DNA of 64,000 nucleotides from Nitrososphaerota archaeon (lineage in GTDB: Archaea > Thermoproteota > EX4484-205 > JAAOZP01): NCBI GenBank assembly GCA_011605725.1, contig JAAOZP010000004.1:1-64000 (forward strand), written 5' to 3'. A program made the translations under genes and the position numbers. Positions 30,716-39,714 of this stretch are shown in pieces (position 1 is the stretch's first letter; each line of letters opens with the position of its first letter). The notes below the pieces were generated by a model. The model saw only the letters and a program-made list of their open reading frames with translations. It searched no databases and was not told the origin of the DNA.

Positions 30716-31270
30716 CTACATGGATGATGGAGGTAATGGGGGTGGTGGAGGTGGGACGGTCTCCGGTAGGTTGAAGAACGCAACTATCTTAATTATATTC
30801 GCTACAAACACTATTATGATCCCGATGATTATTATTACTGTTGCGGCTCCAATCAGGTTGAGTAGTGCAGCCGTCGAGAACATGGAGATATTCAGCTTCT
30901 TGGCTATGATGTCGAAGCTCTTCTTCAAAAACACTGCAGATATGGTGAGGATAATACAAAGAATGAGCAGAACAACCATTATGCTTAAGATGACGCTGAA
31001 GAATCTTCGAGTGACGACTGAAGTTATGATCGTAGTAATCCCTAGAAGTACGGCGACAAATATTCCAACGATCGCTAAAACGATCGATATCAGGTAGTTT
31101 TTAAATACAGCTTCATCGTTAAGTACCCTAGATATCTTATATATCGCTACAGCTTCAAGTATGAAACCTACTATCGAGACGACAAACCCTGCTTGAGGAA
31201 TGAAGGTTCCAAAGGTCGAAAGGACTGCACCAATCCCGCCAAAGATTTTCGCGTCACTCAGCTCAGACAC
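30716..31270 (-). CDS. DUF996 family membrane protein with polyproline tail
   Basis: AKIFGGIGAVL, multiple TMs, IVAFFNLPE, C-terminal PPPPPPLPP. Confidence 0.78.
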   Translation of the reverse strand: MSELSDAKIFGGIGAVLSTFGTFIPQAGFVVSIVGFILEAVAIYKISRVLNDEAVFKNYLISIVLAIVGIFVAVLLGITTIITSVVTRRFFSVILSIMVVLLILCIILTISAVFLKKSFDIIAKKLNISMFSTAALLNLIGAATVIIIIGIIIVFVANIIKIVAFFNLPETVPPPPPPLPPSSM

Positions 31271-31411
31271 GATATTTCTAAATTTAAAGATTGCTTAAAA
31301 AGCTTTTCCTCAAAGACAGCTAAGGATCATCGATCTATCTACACGTCACTCAGATTTAATGCCTAGGATACCGATCATGCGTGCGAAACCTCTTCAGTCG
31401 ACATCCCCATT

Positions 31412-31423
31412 AAGCACGCGCTA
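31412..31423. repeat. GC-linker palindrome, decayed (AAGCACGCGCTA)
   Basis: One G>A change from consensus. Confidence 0.7.
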
Positions 31424-31684
31424 ATGTATTTATTTTTGCTCAAATGAGTAGCGGAAAATGTTAAAACAAAGAACAATACTTTAAACGGAAAATATGAAAA
31501 CCTAGAGCCATATTCTCCAAGTTTAGCAGCCTCGTAACATACTGTAGGTGTAGGAGTAATTGCTATCGACTCGTTGCATATCTCCCTAAAGCTTCCTCCC
31601 TTTATTGTTCCAGGTAAACACACAGTCATTATGTCTTGCGGTGAAAAAAGTAAATCTGAAAATTCCCCAGCTTCTGGAATAGCA

Positions 31685-31723
31685 ATAACGTTACATAACG
31701 GTAAGTAACGGTAAATTTATAAA
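31685..31723 (+). promoter_or_regulatory. Three tandem 10-bp repeats followed by a TATA box
   Basis: ATAACGTTAC/ATAACGGTAA/GTAACGGTAA then TTTATAAA (31716-31723), about 25 nt before ATG 31748. Confidence 0.55.
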
Positions 31724-31747
31724 TCGGCGCTTCGCCTTCTATGTGAA

Positions 31748-33049
31748 ATGAAAGAAGCCGAGGGAGAGACATTAGAGTTTAAGAATTCCTTGTCTGATTT
31801 CGACAGTATACTGGCTACAATATCCGCCTTCTCCAACACGAAAGGAGGAAGAATACTTATCGGTGTTAACGACGATGGAAAAGTTACAGGAATCGACATT
31901 GGTAAGAGAACTTTAGAGGAAATTGTGAATAGGATTTCACAAAATACAAATCCAAAAACATATCCTGAGATCAAAATCGAGAGGGTACAGGATAAAAACA
32001 TCATAGAAATCAGGGTTTCAGAACGTAGCGATAAACCTGTTTTCGCTAAGGGAATCGCCTATAAAAGGGTTGGAAGGAACAACGTTAAGATGGATAGGGA
32101 TGAGATCGTAAGCTTGCTCAGGAAAGTTTACGAAATATCATATGAAGATGTTGAAGTCGCAAGCATTGAAGATATTGACTTCGATAAAGTAAGATCCTTC
32201 ATAAATAGGGTCAGGGAAGCAAGATCCAGCTCGATACCTGAAAACGAGACTATTGTTTTGAGAAGCCTCGGATTAGTGGACGGCGAAGCTAGGCTGGCAG
32301 CAATAATTCTATTCGGTAAGAACCCGCAGGCCTTAGCTCCGTGGGCTGTGGTGAAGATCGGCAGGTTCCTAGCTGAAGATGCAAGACCTGTTTTCGAGAA
32401 GGAGATTGCAGGAGACCTTGTAGAGCAGATAGAAAAGAGCTATGCTGAAGTTCTATCATTAATAAGGAAGGAAATAAAAGTAAAGGGGCCCAGAAGAGAA
32501 GAAATCTATGAATATCCTGTCGAAGCAGTCAGAGAACTCATTGTAAATGCTGTGACACATAGGGATTACTCGATTAAAAGCCCAATCTACATAAAGATAT
32601 TTGAAGAAAAGATTTCCATCGAAAACCCAGGTGGACTACCCAAAGGCATAACGGTCGACGAGCTTAAAAAACCGCATAGTTCAATTCTCAGAAACCCTAA
32701 GATAGCAAACGTGCTCTACAACTTGGGGTACATAGAGAAGTGGGGAATAGGAACGTTGGAAGTCATTAAAAAATGTCTGCTTAATGGAAACGGTGAACCC
32801 ATCTTCTACTCCAACGGAGTGTTTAAGGCTGAAGTAAAAAGCAGGTACACGGTGAACATCAGCGATAAGGAAAGGATTGCTGTCGAGTACATAAGGAAAA
32901 AAGGAAAGGCTACGAGGCTGGAGCTTGAAAAAATACTGGGTTTAAAAGAAAGCTCCGTAAGAAAGCTTCTTGAAGAACTCCAACGCAGAGGCCTCGTAGT
33001 GAAAGAAGGAAGGGGAAGGAGAACAAGATACAGGCTTTCAGTTTTCTAA
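31748..33049 (+). CDS. Schlafen/AlbA_2 domain plus HATPase_c_4 plus wHTH protein (RecG-like regulator family)
   Basis: EGETLEFK, ISAFSNTKGGRILIGVNDDG, YKRVG, RELIVNAVTHRDY, NPGG, RNPKIA, EKWGIG. Confidence 0.9.
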   Translation: MKEAEGETLEFKNSLSDFDSILATISAFSNTKGGRILIGVNDDGKVTGIDIGKRTLEEIVNRISQNTNPKTYPEIKIERVQDKNIIEIRVSERSDKPVFAKGIAYKRVGRNNVKMDRDEIVSLLRKVYEISYEDVEVASIEDIDFDKVRSFINRVREARSSSIPENETIVLRSLGLVDGEARLAAIILFGKNPQALAPWAVVKIGRFLAEDARPVFEKEIAGDLVEQIEKSYAEVLSLIRKEIKVKGPRREEIYEYPVEAVRELIVNAVTHRDYSIKSPIYIKIFEEKISIENPGGLPKGITVDELKKPHSSILRNPKIANVLYNLGYIEKWGIGTLEVIKKCLLNGNGEPIFYSNGVFKAEVKSRYTVNISDKERIAVEYIRKKGKATRLELEKILGLKESSVRKLLEELQRRGLVVKEGRGRRTRYRLSVF

Positions 33050-33160
33050 ACTCTCCCCGACAAGTAACTGCTCTGTTAACTTAAGCTCATGGAAGCATCA
33101 CTCCTAATCTTCTGAATCCACAATGGGACTATGTTAAATGCAGAAACACTAATAGCGTAC

Positions 33161-33250
33161 GGCAACAACCGCTGAAGCCTACGGGCACTTCATAAAATAC
33201 AATAACCTCAAGAAAAAATAGCCGGCATCCTAAGTGGCTCAAAGACCCCA
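33161..33250 (+). pseudogene. About 90-bp diverged fragment of the ppsA 5' region, bracketed by GC-linkers
   Basis: gcaacaaccgctgaagcctacgggcacttcataaaatacaataacctcaagaaaaaatagccggcatcctaagtggctcaaagacccc aligns to ppsA about 36162-36251; TAGCGTACG at 33153, AAGCGCGCTA at 33250-33259. Confidence 0.8.
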
Positions 33251-33259
33251 AGCGCGCTA

Positions 33260-33383
33260 TATCTCATCATACTCCTGTACTATCCATATTGTTGCCTTGT
33301 GGACGTAGTCGTTTATCAAGTTCGTAGCATGAATATATGACTCGGCTAGTTTCCTCCTTTCTTTCTCAAAGTTTTCGAACCTC
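33260..33383 (-). mobile_element. tnpB: Internal fragment of tnpB (IS200/IS605 family), bracketed by GC-linkers
   Basis: RGS[K]NFEKERRKLAESYIHATNLINDYVHKATIWIVQEYDEI resembles the TnpB helix preceding the RuvC-II EDL; bounded by 33250-33259 and TAGCACGCGCTT 33384-33395. Confidence 0.65.
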
Positions 33384-33738
33384 TAGCACGCGCTTCTTTT
33401 TCTGAGGTTCCTTATCCATAAGCCACGCTTGCTGTATAGAAGCTTTTCCTCGGGACCGTTTTCTAATAGGCTCTCTTCTCATCTTTCGGTCTGAACATAA
33501 TCTCAGACATTATCCTCGCCCCGGAGTCATTTCTCATTACGAGTATCACGGAACATAGAAGTCTGCTTCCGACTCCGTGAATTCTCCATCTTTGATTCTT
33601 CTCACAAACGTTGAAATGCAGTATCTGTTCTCATCCGCATCATTCTAGTAATTCCCTCCCAAGCTTCTTTATGGATGTTTTTTAAAATTCTGGAATAACA
33701 TTTATATTTTGATGGAAAAATGGTAAATATGGTGAAAA

Positions 33739-33984
33739 ATGGAAAGTAAGGTAGAAGTTAAGAAGGTGGATCCGCAGGGCCGCGTTATTCTGCCCGCTGA
33801 CTGGCGCCAATCCGAAATGAAAGAAAGTAGAGAAATATACATAATCCGAGAGAAAGGGTATTTGAAGATAATCCCGAAGCGTAAAGTTGATTTAACCGAA
33901 TACTTTGATAAAGTTGATTTAAACGTCGAAGCCATTGAGAATTGGAAGAAGTTTGAGAAAAGGCTCTACGGGAGGCGCTCATGA
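33739..33984 (+). CDS. AbrB/MazE-type antitoxin (VapB)
   Basis: KKVDPQGRVILPADWR; ATGA overlap with the PIN gene. Confidence 0.85.
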   Translation: MESKVEVKKVDPQGRVILPADWRQSEMKESREIYIIREKGYLKIIPKRKVDLTEYFDKVDLNVEAIENWKKFEKRLYGRRS

Positions 33985-35786
33985 GGTTCTTAGACGCAAA
34001 CATTTTCATCTACGCCTATTACAAACCGAAGAGGCAGCTCTCCCAAAAAGAGAAGCATATGAAGGAGTATGCCAAGAAGATAATTAGCAATGTATCTCAA
34101 GGAAAAGAGAAGGTGGCAACCACGGTTGTGCATCTTTCGGAGATTGTGAACATCCTCAAGCACGGCATGACCGTGGATGAATTAGCTAAACTCATCACCG
34201 GCTTATTTATGCTGGACAATGTTGAAATATATGGAGTGTCTAAGGAAGACTATTTTGCCGCGGTTGAGTTGAGTAAGGACTTAAAGATTGAGCGCGCGCG
34301 CGCTATCGTGTCCGTTCTCAGCGGGAACAACTCCATTTCTTGGGCAACCCTGAGTAAGTGGAACAGCACGAGCAAATCTTGGGATTACAACATTAAGGAC
34401 TTGAAGTCGAACATGAAGTCAGCACCCGGGTTAAGCTACATGGAGATCTGGGTGGACAAGCAGGACATAGGGTACACCCCTAATGGAATAAACTTCTTCA
34501 TAGAATCGTATGCTGAGGTTGGGGCTATGCTGGAGACGGAGCTGACTTACGTCATAGGTTCCTCGAAGAAGGGAATTACTTTGGACGGGGAACCGGATGA
34601 CTGGGGCACCATAGCCCCGTTGAAGACATTTCCATCAAAGAGGATAAACCCTCCTGAGCTGGAGGCTTCAAGCGTTTACATTGCAAACGATGATAAGAAT
34701 CTCTACTTCAGGTTTGACACGAGGGGAAAGCCCACCACAACAGTCAACGAAGGAGAATTGTACAGAATTACAGAAAGTTACCTTGACACCGATAACAATG
34801 ATAACACTGGATACATAGGGCGTGGTGGAGCAGAATTCAGAGTCTACGCATCCTTCTTTGTTAACGTGTCGAAATACACTCGCGTGCGCTACGAGAAGTA
34901 CACCGGGACGGGGCGTGATTATAGTTGGCAGGAGATTTCTGAATCATGGAACGCTGGGGACTTCAACAGCATCTTCGAATTCAAAATACCTCTCAGCATG
35001 ATTGGAGTAGAGACCGGTAGAACAATCGGCCTCTACATAGATGCGTTCTTGTGCATTTTTTATCGTAATATTCCCCAGCCCGGTCATTTGACGTATCCTC
35101 CGGATACTACTCCACCAGTCACAGCAATAGCTCTGAGCAAACCTAAGCATCAGGTTGGTTCAACAACCTATGTCTCCGGCTCAACGCTTTTCGAGCTCTC
35201 GGCAAGCGATGCTAGTGGAGTTAAGGAGATAAAGTATAGGGTTGACAATGGTCCATGGAATGCCTACACGGCAGGCTTCACGCTGTCAGGGTTCTCTGAC
35301 GGTTCTCACACGATAAGCTATTATAGTGTCGACAATGCTGGAAACACTGAGACCGAGAAAACCCTTACAATAATGCTGGATAAGACTCCTCCAACGATAG
35401 GCGAAGCATCGCCAACCGGAACCATTGGCTCAACATCAGTAACTTTCACGGTTAAGGTCGAGGACTCCGGCTCAGGAGTTAAGGAGGTTAAGCTAATCGT
35501 CGACGGTGCTTCCCAAGGCTTGATGAGCCAAAGCGGAAACACCTACACTAAAACGCTAAGTCTGTCAGAAGGCTCTCACACCTGGAGCATCGAAGCGGTT
35601 GACAACGTGGGAAACACCGCAACCCGAAACTACTCTCTCACATTCTCCACATGGATGAGCCTACTACCCTACCTTATAGCTGCTACCATAGTAATCGTAA
35701 TCATCATAGCCACCGCAGCAATCATGCTTAGGAGGAGACGCGCACCACTACCACCGCCCCCGCCTCCACCACCTCCTCCACCATAA
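33981..35786 (+). CDS. Chimeric ORF: truncated VapC PIN domain (33981-34290) fused in frame via a GC-linker to the C-terminal part of a surface protein (Ig-like domains, TM, poly-Pro)
   Basis: MRFLDANIFIYA..HLSEIVNIL, then ERARAIV encoded by GAGCGCGCGCGCGCTA, then LDGEPDDW, DTTPP..DGSHTISYYSVDNAGN, TM-RRRR-PLPPPP. Confidence 0.8.
   Translation: MRFLDANIFIYAYYKPKRQLSQKEKHMKEYAKKIISNVSQGKEKVATTVVHLSEIVNILKHGMTVDELAKLITGLFMLDNVEIYGVSKEDYFAAVELSKDLKIERARAIVSVLSGNNSISWATLSKWNSTSKSWDYNIKDLKSNMKSAPGLSYMEIWVDKQDIGYTPNGINFFIESYAEVGAMLETELTYVIGSSKKGITLDGEPDDWGTIAPLKTFPSKRINPPELEASSVYIANDDKNLYFRFDTRGKPTTTVNEGELYRITESYLDTDNNDNTGYIGRGGAEFRVYASFFVNVSKYTRVRYEKYTGTGRDYSWQEISESWNAGDFNSIFEFKIPLSMIGVETGRTIGLYIDAFLCIFYRNIPQPGHLTYPPDTTPPVTAIALSKPKHQVGSTTYVSGSTLFELSASDASGVKEIKYRVDNGPWNAYTAGFTLSGFSDGSHTISYYSVDNAGNTETEKTLTIMLDKTPPTIGEASPTGTIGSTSVTFTVKVEDSGSGVKEVKLIVDGASQGLMSQSGNTYTKTLSLSEGSHTWSIEAVDNVGNTATRNYSLTFSTWMSLLPYLIAATIVIVIIIATAAIMLRRRRAPLPPPPPPPPPPP
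34290..34305. repeat. GC-linker palindrome, expanded (GC)6, at the gene-fusion junction
   Basis: GAGCGCGCGCGCGCTA. Confidence 0.85.
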
Positions 35787-36020
35787 CAACCCTAACCACT
35801 CCTTCTTTTCTTAAAAAAGTCGAACAAAGCGCCTTCACAGCCCTCGGAACCCCAAGCCTGCCTGCTGCGATTAGAAACAACGCATAAACCATCCCCATCC
35901 CGATTTTAAAAACAATGTTGAAACTCAAGTCTTAAGAACCCGAGTGTAAAGACGGTGGAAAACAACCGGTTGAAAACAGGAAACGCATATATACCACCAT
36001 GCAAACCAACCCCCTAGAAG

Positions 36021-38429
36021 ATGACCCAAGGAGAAAAATCCAAGAAATACGTACTCTGGTTCAACGAAATAGGCATAGAAGACGTACCCCTAGTAGGAGG
36101 AAAATCAGCAAGCCTAGGAGAAATGCTCAGGAAAACAGGCGTACCCGTGCCAAACGGCTTCGCAACCACCGCTGAAGCATACCGCTACTTCATAAAATAC
36201 AACAACCTCGAGAAGAAGATAGCCGACATACTAAGCGAGCTGAAAGACCCCAACGACACCAAAACACTGCAAAACGTAGGAGCAAGAATCAGGAAAACAA
36301 TCATGGAGGCAAAAATGCCCCCGGAAATAGAGGAGGAAATCAAAAAATACTACGCGCAGCTGGAGAAAGAAGTCAACCAGAAAAACCCGTTCGTAGCAGT
36401 AAGATCATCAGCAACAGCCGAAGACCTCCCAGACGCAAGCTTCGCAGGACAACAAGAAACATACCTAAACGTGTCAACACCCGAACAAGTCGTAGACAAG
36501 GTTAAAGAATGCTACTCAAGCCTCTTCACAGACAGAGCAATATTCTACAGAGTCCAAAAAGGATTCGACCACATGAAAGTCGCACTATCCGCAGCAGTCC
36601 AGCTAATGGTCTACTCAAAAGCCTCAGGAGTAATGTTCACCCTCGACGTAAGCAACGGAGACAGAAGCGTAGTAATGATAGAAGCAGGATACGGCCTCGG
36701 CGAATACGTCGTCCAAGGAAAAATCACGCCAGACGACTACTACGTTAGAAAAACCGACCTGCAAATCGTAAAGAAAGTCGTATCAACCAAAAAAGTAATG
36801 CTCGTCAGAAAACCAGGAGGAGGAACAGAAGAAAAAGAAGTCCCGCCAGAACTGCAAGACAAGCAAATACTCACCGACCAACAGATAAAAGAACTAGCAG
36901 CATACGCAATAGAAATCGAAAACCACTATGGTAAACCAATGGACATCGAATGGGCACTAGACGAAAGAGACAACAGACTCTACATACTCCAAGCAAGACC
37001 AGAAACAGTATGGGCACTCAAAAAACCCCAGGAGGAAAAAACAGAAACAGTAGCAGTAACCAAAGAGAAAGAAGTAATATGCCAAGGACTACCAGCATCA
37101 CCAGGACTAGCCGTTGGAAAGGCACATATAATTCTAAGCGTCGATAAATTAGACACATTCAAGCCAGGAGAAATACTAGTAACAATAATGACGGCGCCCG
37201 AGTGGGTTCCGGCCATGCGTAAGGCGGCTGCAATAGTTTGCGATTCAGGCGGCATGACTGCACACGCGGCCATAGTCTCACGAGAACTCGGAATCCCATG
37301 CATCGTCGGAACCGCGTCGAAAGGAAAACCTGCAACCGAAGCAATCAAGGATGGAGAAATCATAACGGTTGACGCGAAGCTGGGAGTCGTATACAGGGGA
37401 GCTTTAGCAGAAGTCGTAGAGAAAAAGGAGGAGAAGAAGGTTGAAGCCGTCGCAGTTGCAGCAGAATCATACCCGGTGACGGGAACAAAGATTTACGTTA
37501 ATCTAGGTGAACCCGAGTTAGCGGAAAAAGTCGCTTCACTACCTGTTGACGGCGTCGGACTAATGAGGCTCGAGTTCACGTACGCTGCCGAAGTAGGCGA
37601 GCACCCGCTACACTTAATCGAAACCGGTCACCCTGAGAAGGTTGTCGACAAGCTTGCCGAGGGGATGAGAAAAGTCTGCGCAGCGTTCTATCCTCGTCCC
37701 GTCGTGGTTCGTCTCGTCGACTTCAAGAGCAGCGAGTATAGAGACTTGAAAGGCGGGGAAAAATATGAGCCTGAGGAGCCCTCTGCGCTATTAGGCTGGA
37801 GAGGAGCATCGAGATATTACGATCCTAAGTATCTGCCTGCCTTCAGGCTTGAGCTCAGAGCTATAAAGAAGGTTCGCGACGAGTATGGGTTGAAGAACCT
37901 GTGGGTCATGATTCCGTTCTGCAGGACGATAAGCGAGATTGAGAAGGTCGTCGCAATCATGAAAGAGGAGGGACTTGAGCGCGGACCAGACTTCAAACTG
38001 TGGGTCATGGCTGAGATACCTTCAAACGTCTTGATAGCTGACAAGTTCAATAGATATATAGATGGGTATTCGATTGGTTCGAATGATTTAACTATGTTAA
38101 TACTTGGTGCAGACAGGGATAATGAGACTGTGGCGAAAATCTTCGACGAGAGGGACCTTGCTGTTAAAAGAGCAATTAAATATTTAATTAAAATAGCGCA
38201 TCGCGACGGCAAGACTGTTTCAATATGTGGACAGGCTCCATCAGTATATCCTGAGTTCACCGAGTTTCTTGTTAGAGCAGGCATTGACTCCGTGTCTATT
38301 AATCCTGATGCTGCAGTGTTCACTAGGAAGCTTGTTGCATCTATTGAGCAGAGGATAATGCTCGAGAAGGCTCTCGGCAAAGTTAAGGTTGACCCTGACT
38401 GGGACCTGCCTGACCCAGACGAAGAGTAA
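36021..38429 (+). CDS. ppsA: Phosphoenolpyruvate synthase
   Basis: VGGKSASLGE, AVRSSATAED, GGMTAHAAIVSRELG (phospho-His), GVGLMRLE, SIGSNDLT, ICGQ. Confidence 0.96.
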   Translation: MTQGEKSKKYVLWFNEIGIEDVPLVGGKSASLGEMLRKTGVPVPNGFATTAEAYRYFIKYNNLEKKIADILSELKDPNDTKTLQNVGARIRKTIMEAKMPPEIEEEIKKYYAQLEKEVNQKNPFVAVRSSATAEDLPDASFAGQQETYLNVSTPEQVVDKVKECYSSLFTDRAIFYRVQKGFDHMKVALSAAVQLMVYSKASGVMFTLDVSNGDRSVVMIEAGYGLGEYVVQGKITPDDYYVRKTDLQIVKKVVSTKKVMLVRKPGGGTEEKEVPPELQDKQILTDQQIKELAAYAIEIENHYGKPMDIEWALDERDNRLYILQARPETVWALKKPQEEKTETVAVTKEKEVICQGLPASPGLAVGKAHIILSVDKLDTFKPGEILVTIMTAPEWVPAMRKAAAIVCDSGGMTAHAAIVSRELGIPCIVGTASKGKPATEAIKDGEIITVDAKLGVVYRGALAEVVEKKEEKKVEAVAVAAESYPVTGTKIYVNLGEPELAEKVASLPVDGVGLMRLEFTYAAEVGEHPLHLIETGHPEKVVDKLAEGMRKVCAAFYPRPVVVRLVDFKSSEYRDLKGGEKYEPEEPSALLGWRGASRYYDPKYLPAFRLELRAIKKVRDEYGLKNLWVMIPFCRTISEIEKVVAIMKEEGLERGPDFKLWVMAEIPSNVLIADKFNRYIDGYSIGSNDLTMLILGADRDNETVAKIFDERDLAVKRAIKYLIKIAHRDGKTVSICGQAPSVYPEFTEFLVRAGIDSVSINPDAAVFTRKLVASIEQRIMLEKALGKVKVDPDWDLPDPDEE

Positions 38430-38466
38430 GGTTTCTAGTTCCCTTTTCTAACTTTTGTATTTTTCA
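38430..38466 (+). terminator. T-rich tract after ppsA (archaeal-type terminator candidate)
   Basis: gtttctagttcccttttctaacttttgtatttttc directly after the stop. Confidence 0.4.
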
Positions 38467-38490
38467 CTGTCCCCTTATTGTTAAAACTGA

Positions 38491-38504
38491 TTAGCGCGCG
38501 CTAA
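38491..38504. repeat. GC-linker, perfect 14-bp palindrome TTAGCGCGCGCTAA
   Basis: Direct repeats CTGATTAG at 38487-38494 (overlapping the palindrome) and 38506-38513. Confidence 0.88.
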
Positions 38505-38896
38505 GCTGATTAGTTTGAATATAAAAAGCTGGGGTAAGCACGTGTCAAAGGCGCGTTATCTTTACATACATTGAGCTTTTCCGGATTTTCGGATAAAAAT
38601 GTTAACTACTGTCTAAATCTATTTCATGAGAACCAAGTTAGCCCTAAAGATATGTGTTCACTAATCAGAAAGAATCTTACTCTTTAACTCCCTTCTAAAT
38701 CTTTTATACTTCAATAATTAATTGAAGTTGATTAACTGGAATAGCGTGTGCTGGTTCTGATGGATTAACATACTCTTCCAATTTGGAAGATTCCTTCTTC
38801 AAGTCCAAAGCATCCATTTCAGACCAGTAGTTTATTAAAAAAGTATACAGGACAATGTTTATATGATCCCATCCTACGTTTAATGATTTAGCCACA

Positions 38897-39666
38897 ATGC
38901 TTATTAAACTCAGTGTTTCAGATGTTCAAGATCTCGCTGAAATCTTGTTTGAGAAGTGTATTAGGCCTGAAAGTAGCATGCACGCAGAAATAGACGTCTT
39001 CTTGAAAGATTTGATATTGATCGATCTCTAGCTTCAACACCTTATAGTAGTGCTGCAAAGAACCGTTTTCGCGAATTAATCAAGAATATTAACGGTACTG
39101 ACAAGTTCATTAAGGTCGTATCATATTTGATTGAAACCAAGATCTCTCCTCAGGATACAGAAACCATAAGCGATCTTAGTCGGATCTTTGCCCCCTACGG
39201 TATTACTATTTCTGCTTCTGATAACAATTTGACCCTGCAATCGACATTAATGATTTCACAGAAGCTTCTAGAAGAAGAGCGTTATTGGTTAGAAGAAAAT
39301 GCGCCTGAAAAAACAATTACTCATCTTCGGCAAGCTCACGAAAAGTTAGGCCGAGGAGAATGGGCAGAGACGCTGTCTGCCTGTCGTAACGCATTGGAAT
39401 CTTTAACAAAGAGCGGGTCCTTTACAGGATTTATTAATGAACTTGTTGAAAAAGAAATCATAGCGAAGGGGGAGGAACAGAGGATGAAAGATGCTGAGTT
39501 ACTTAAAACCATATACGGATTCTGCTCTACAATCGGGTCACATGCGGCAGGTCAGGTGTTGGCAAATGAACAGAGGGCAAGAATGGGCTTGTTGATAACA
39601 GAGGCGGCAATCTATTTTTTATGTAGGCAGATGGAGGAAGCTAGAAGTAAAGGGATTTGTAGATGA
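38897..39666 (+). pseudogene. Abortive-infection-like protein (AbiJ/Abi_C-like), frameshifted at about 39005
   Basis: MLIKLSVSDVQDLAEIL.. joins the 39127 ORF frame if one A is added at 39005-39007; C-terminal ACRNALESL..YGFCSTIGSH. Confidence 0.5.
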
Positions 39667-39714
39667 ATAATGCTAATTTCGAGCGTTTGTTGCTGAAAAC
39701 GGTAACGTGCTACG

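Noticed and set aside
33260-33383. Active IS200/IS605 element or functional TnpB
   Set aside because: Only about 40 codons remain; no tnpA, element ends or RuvC catalytic motifs
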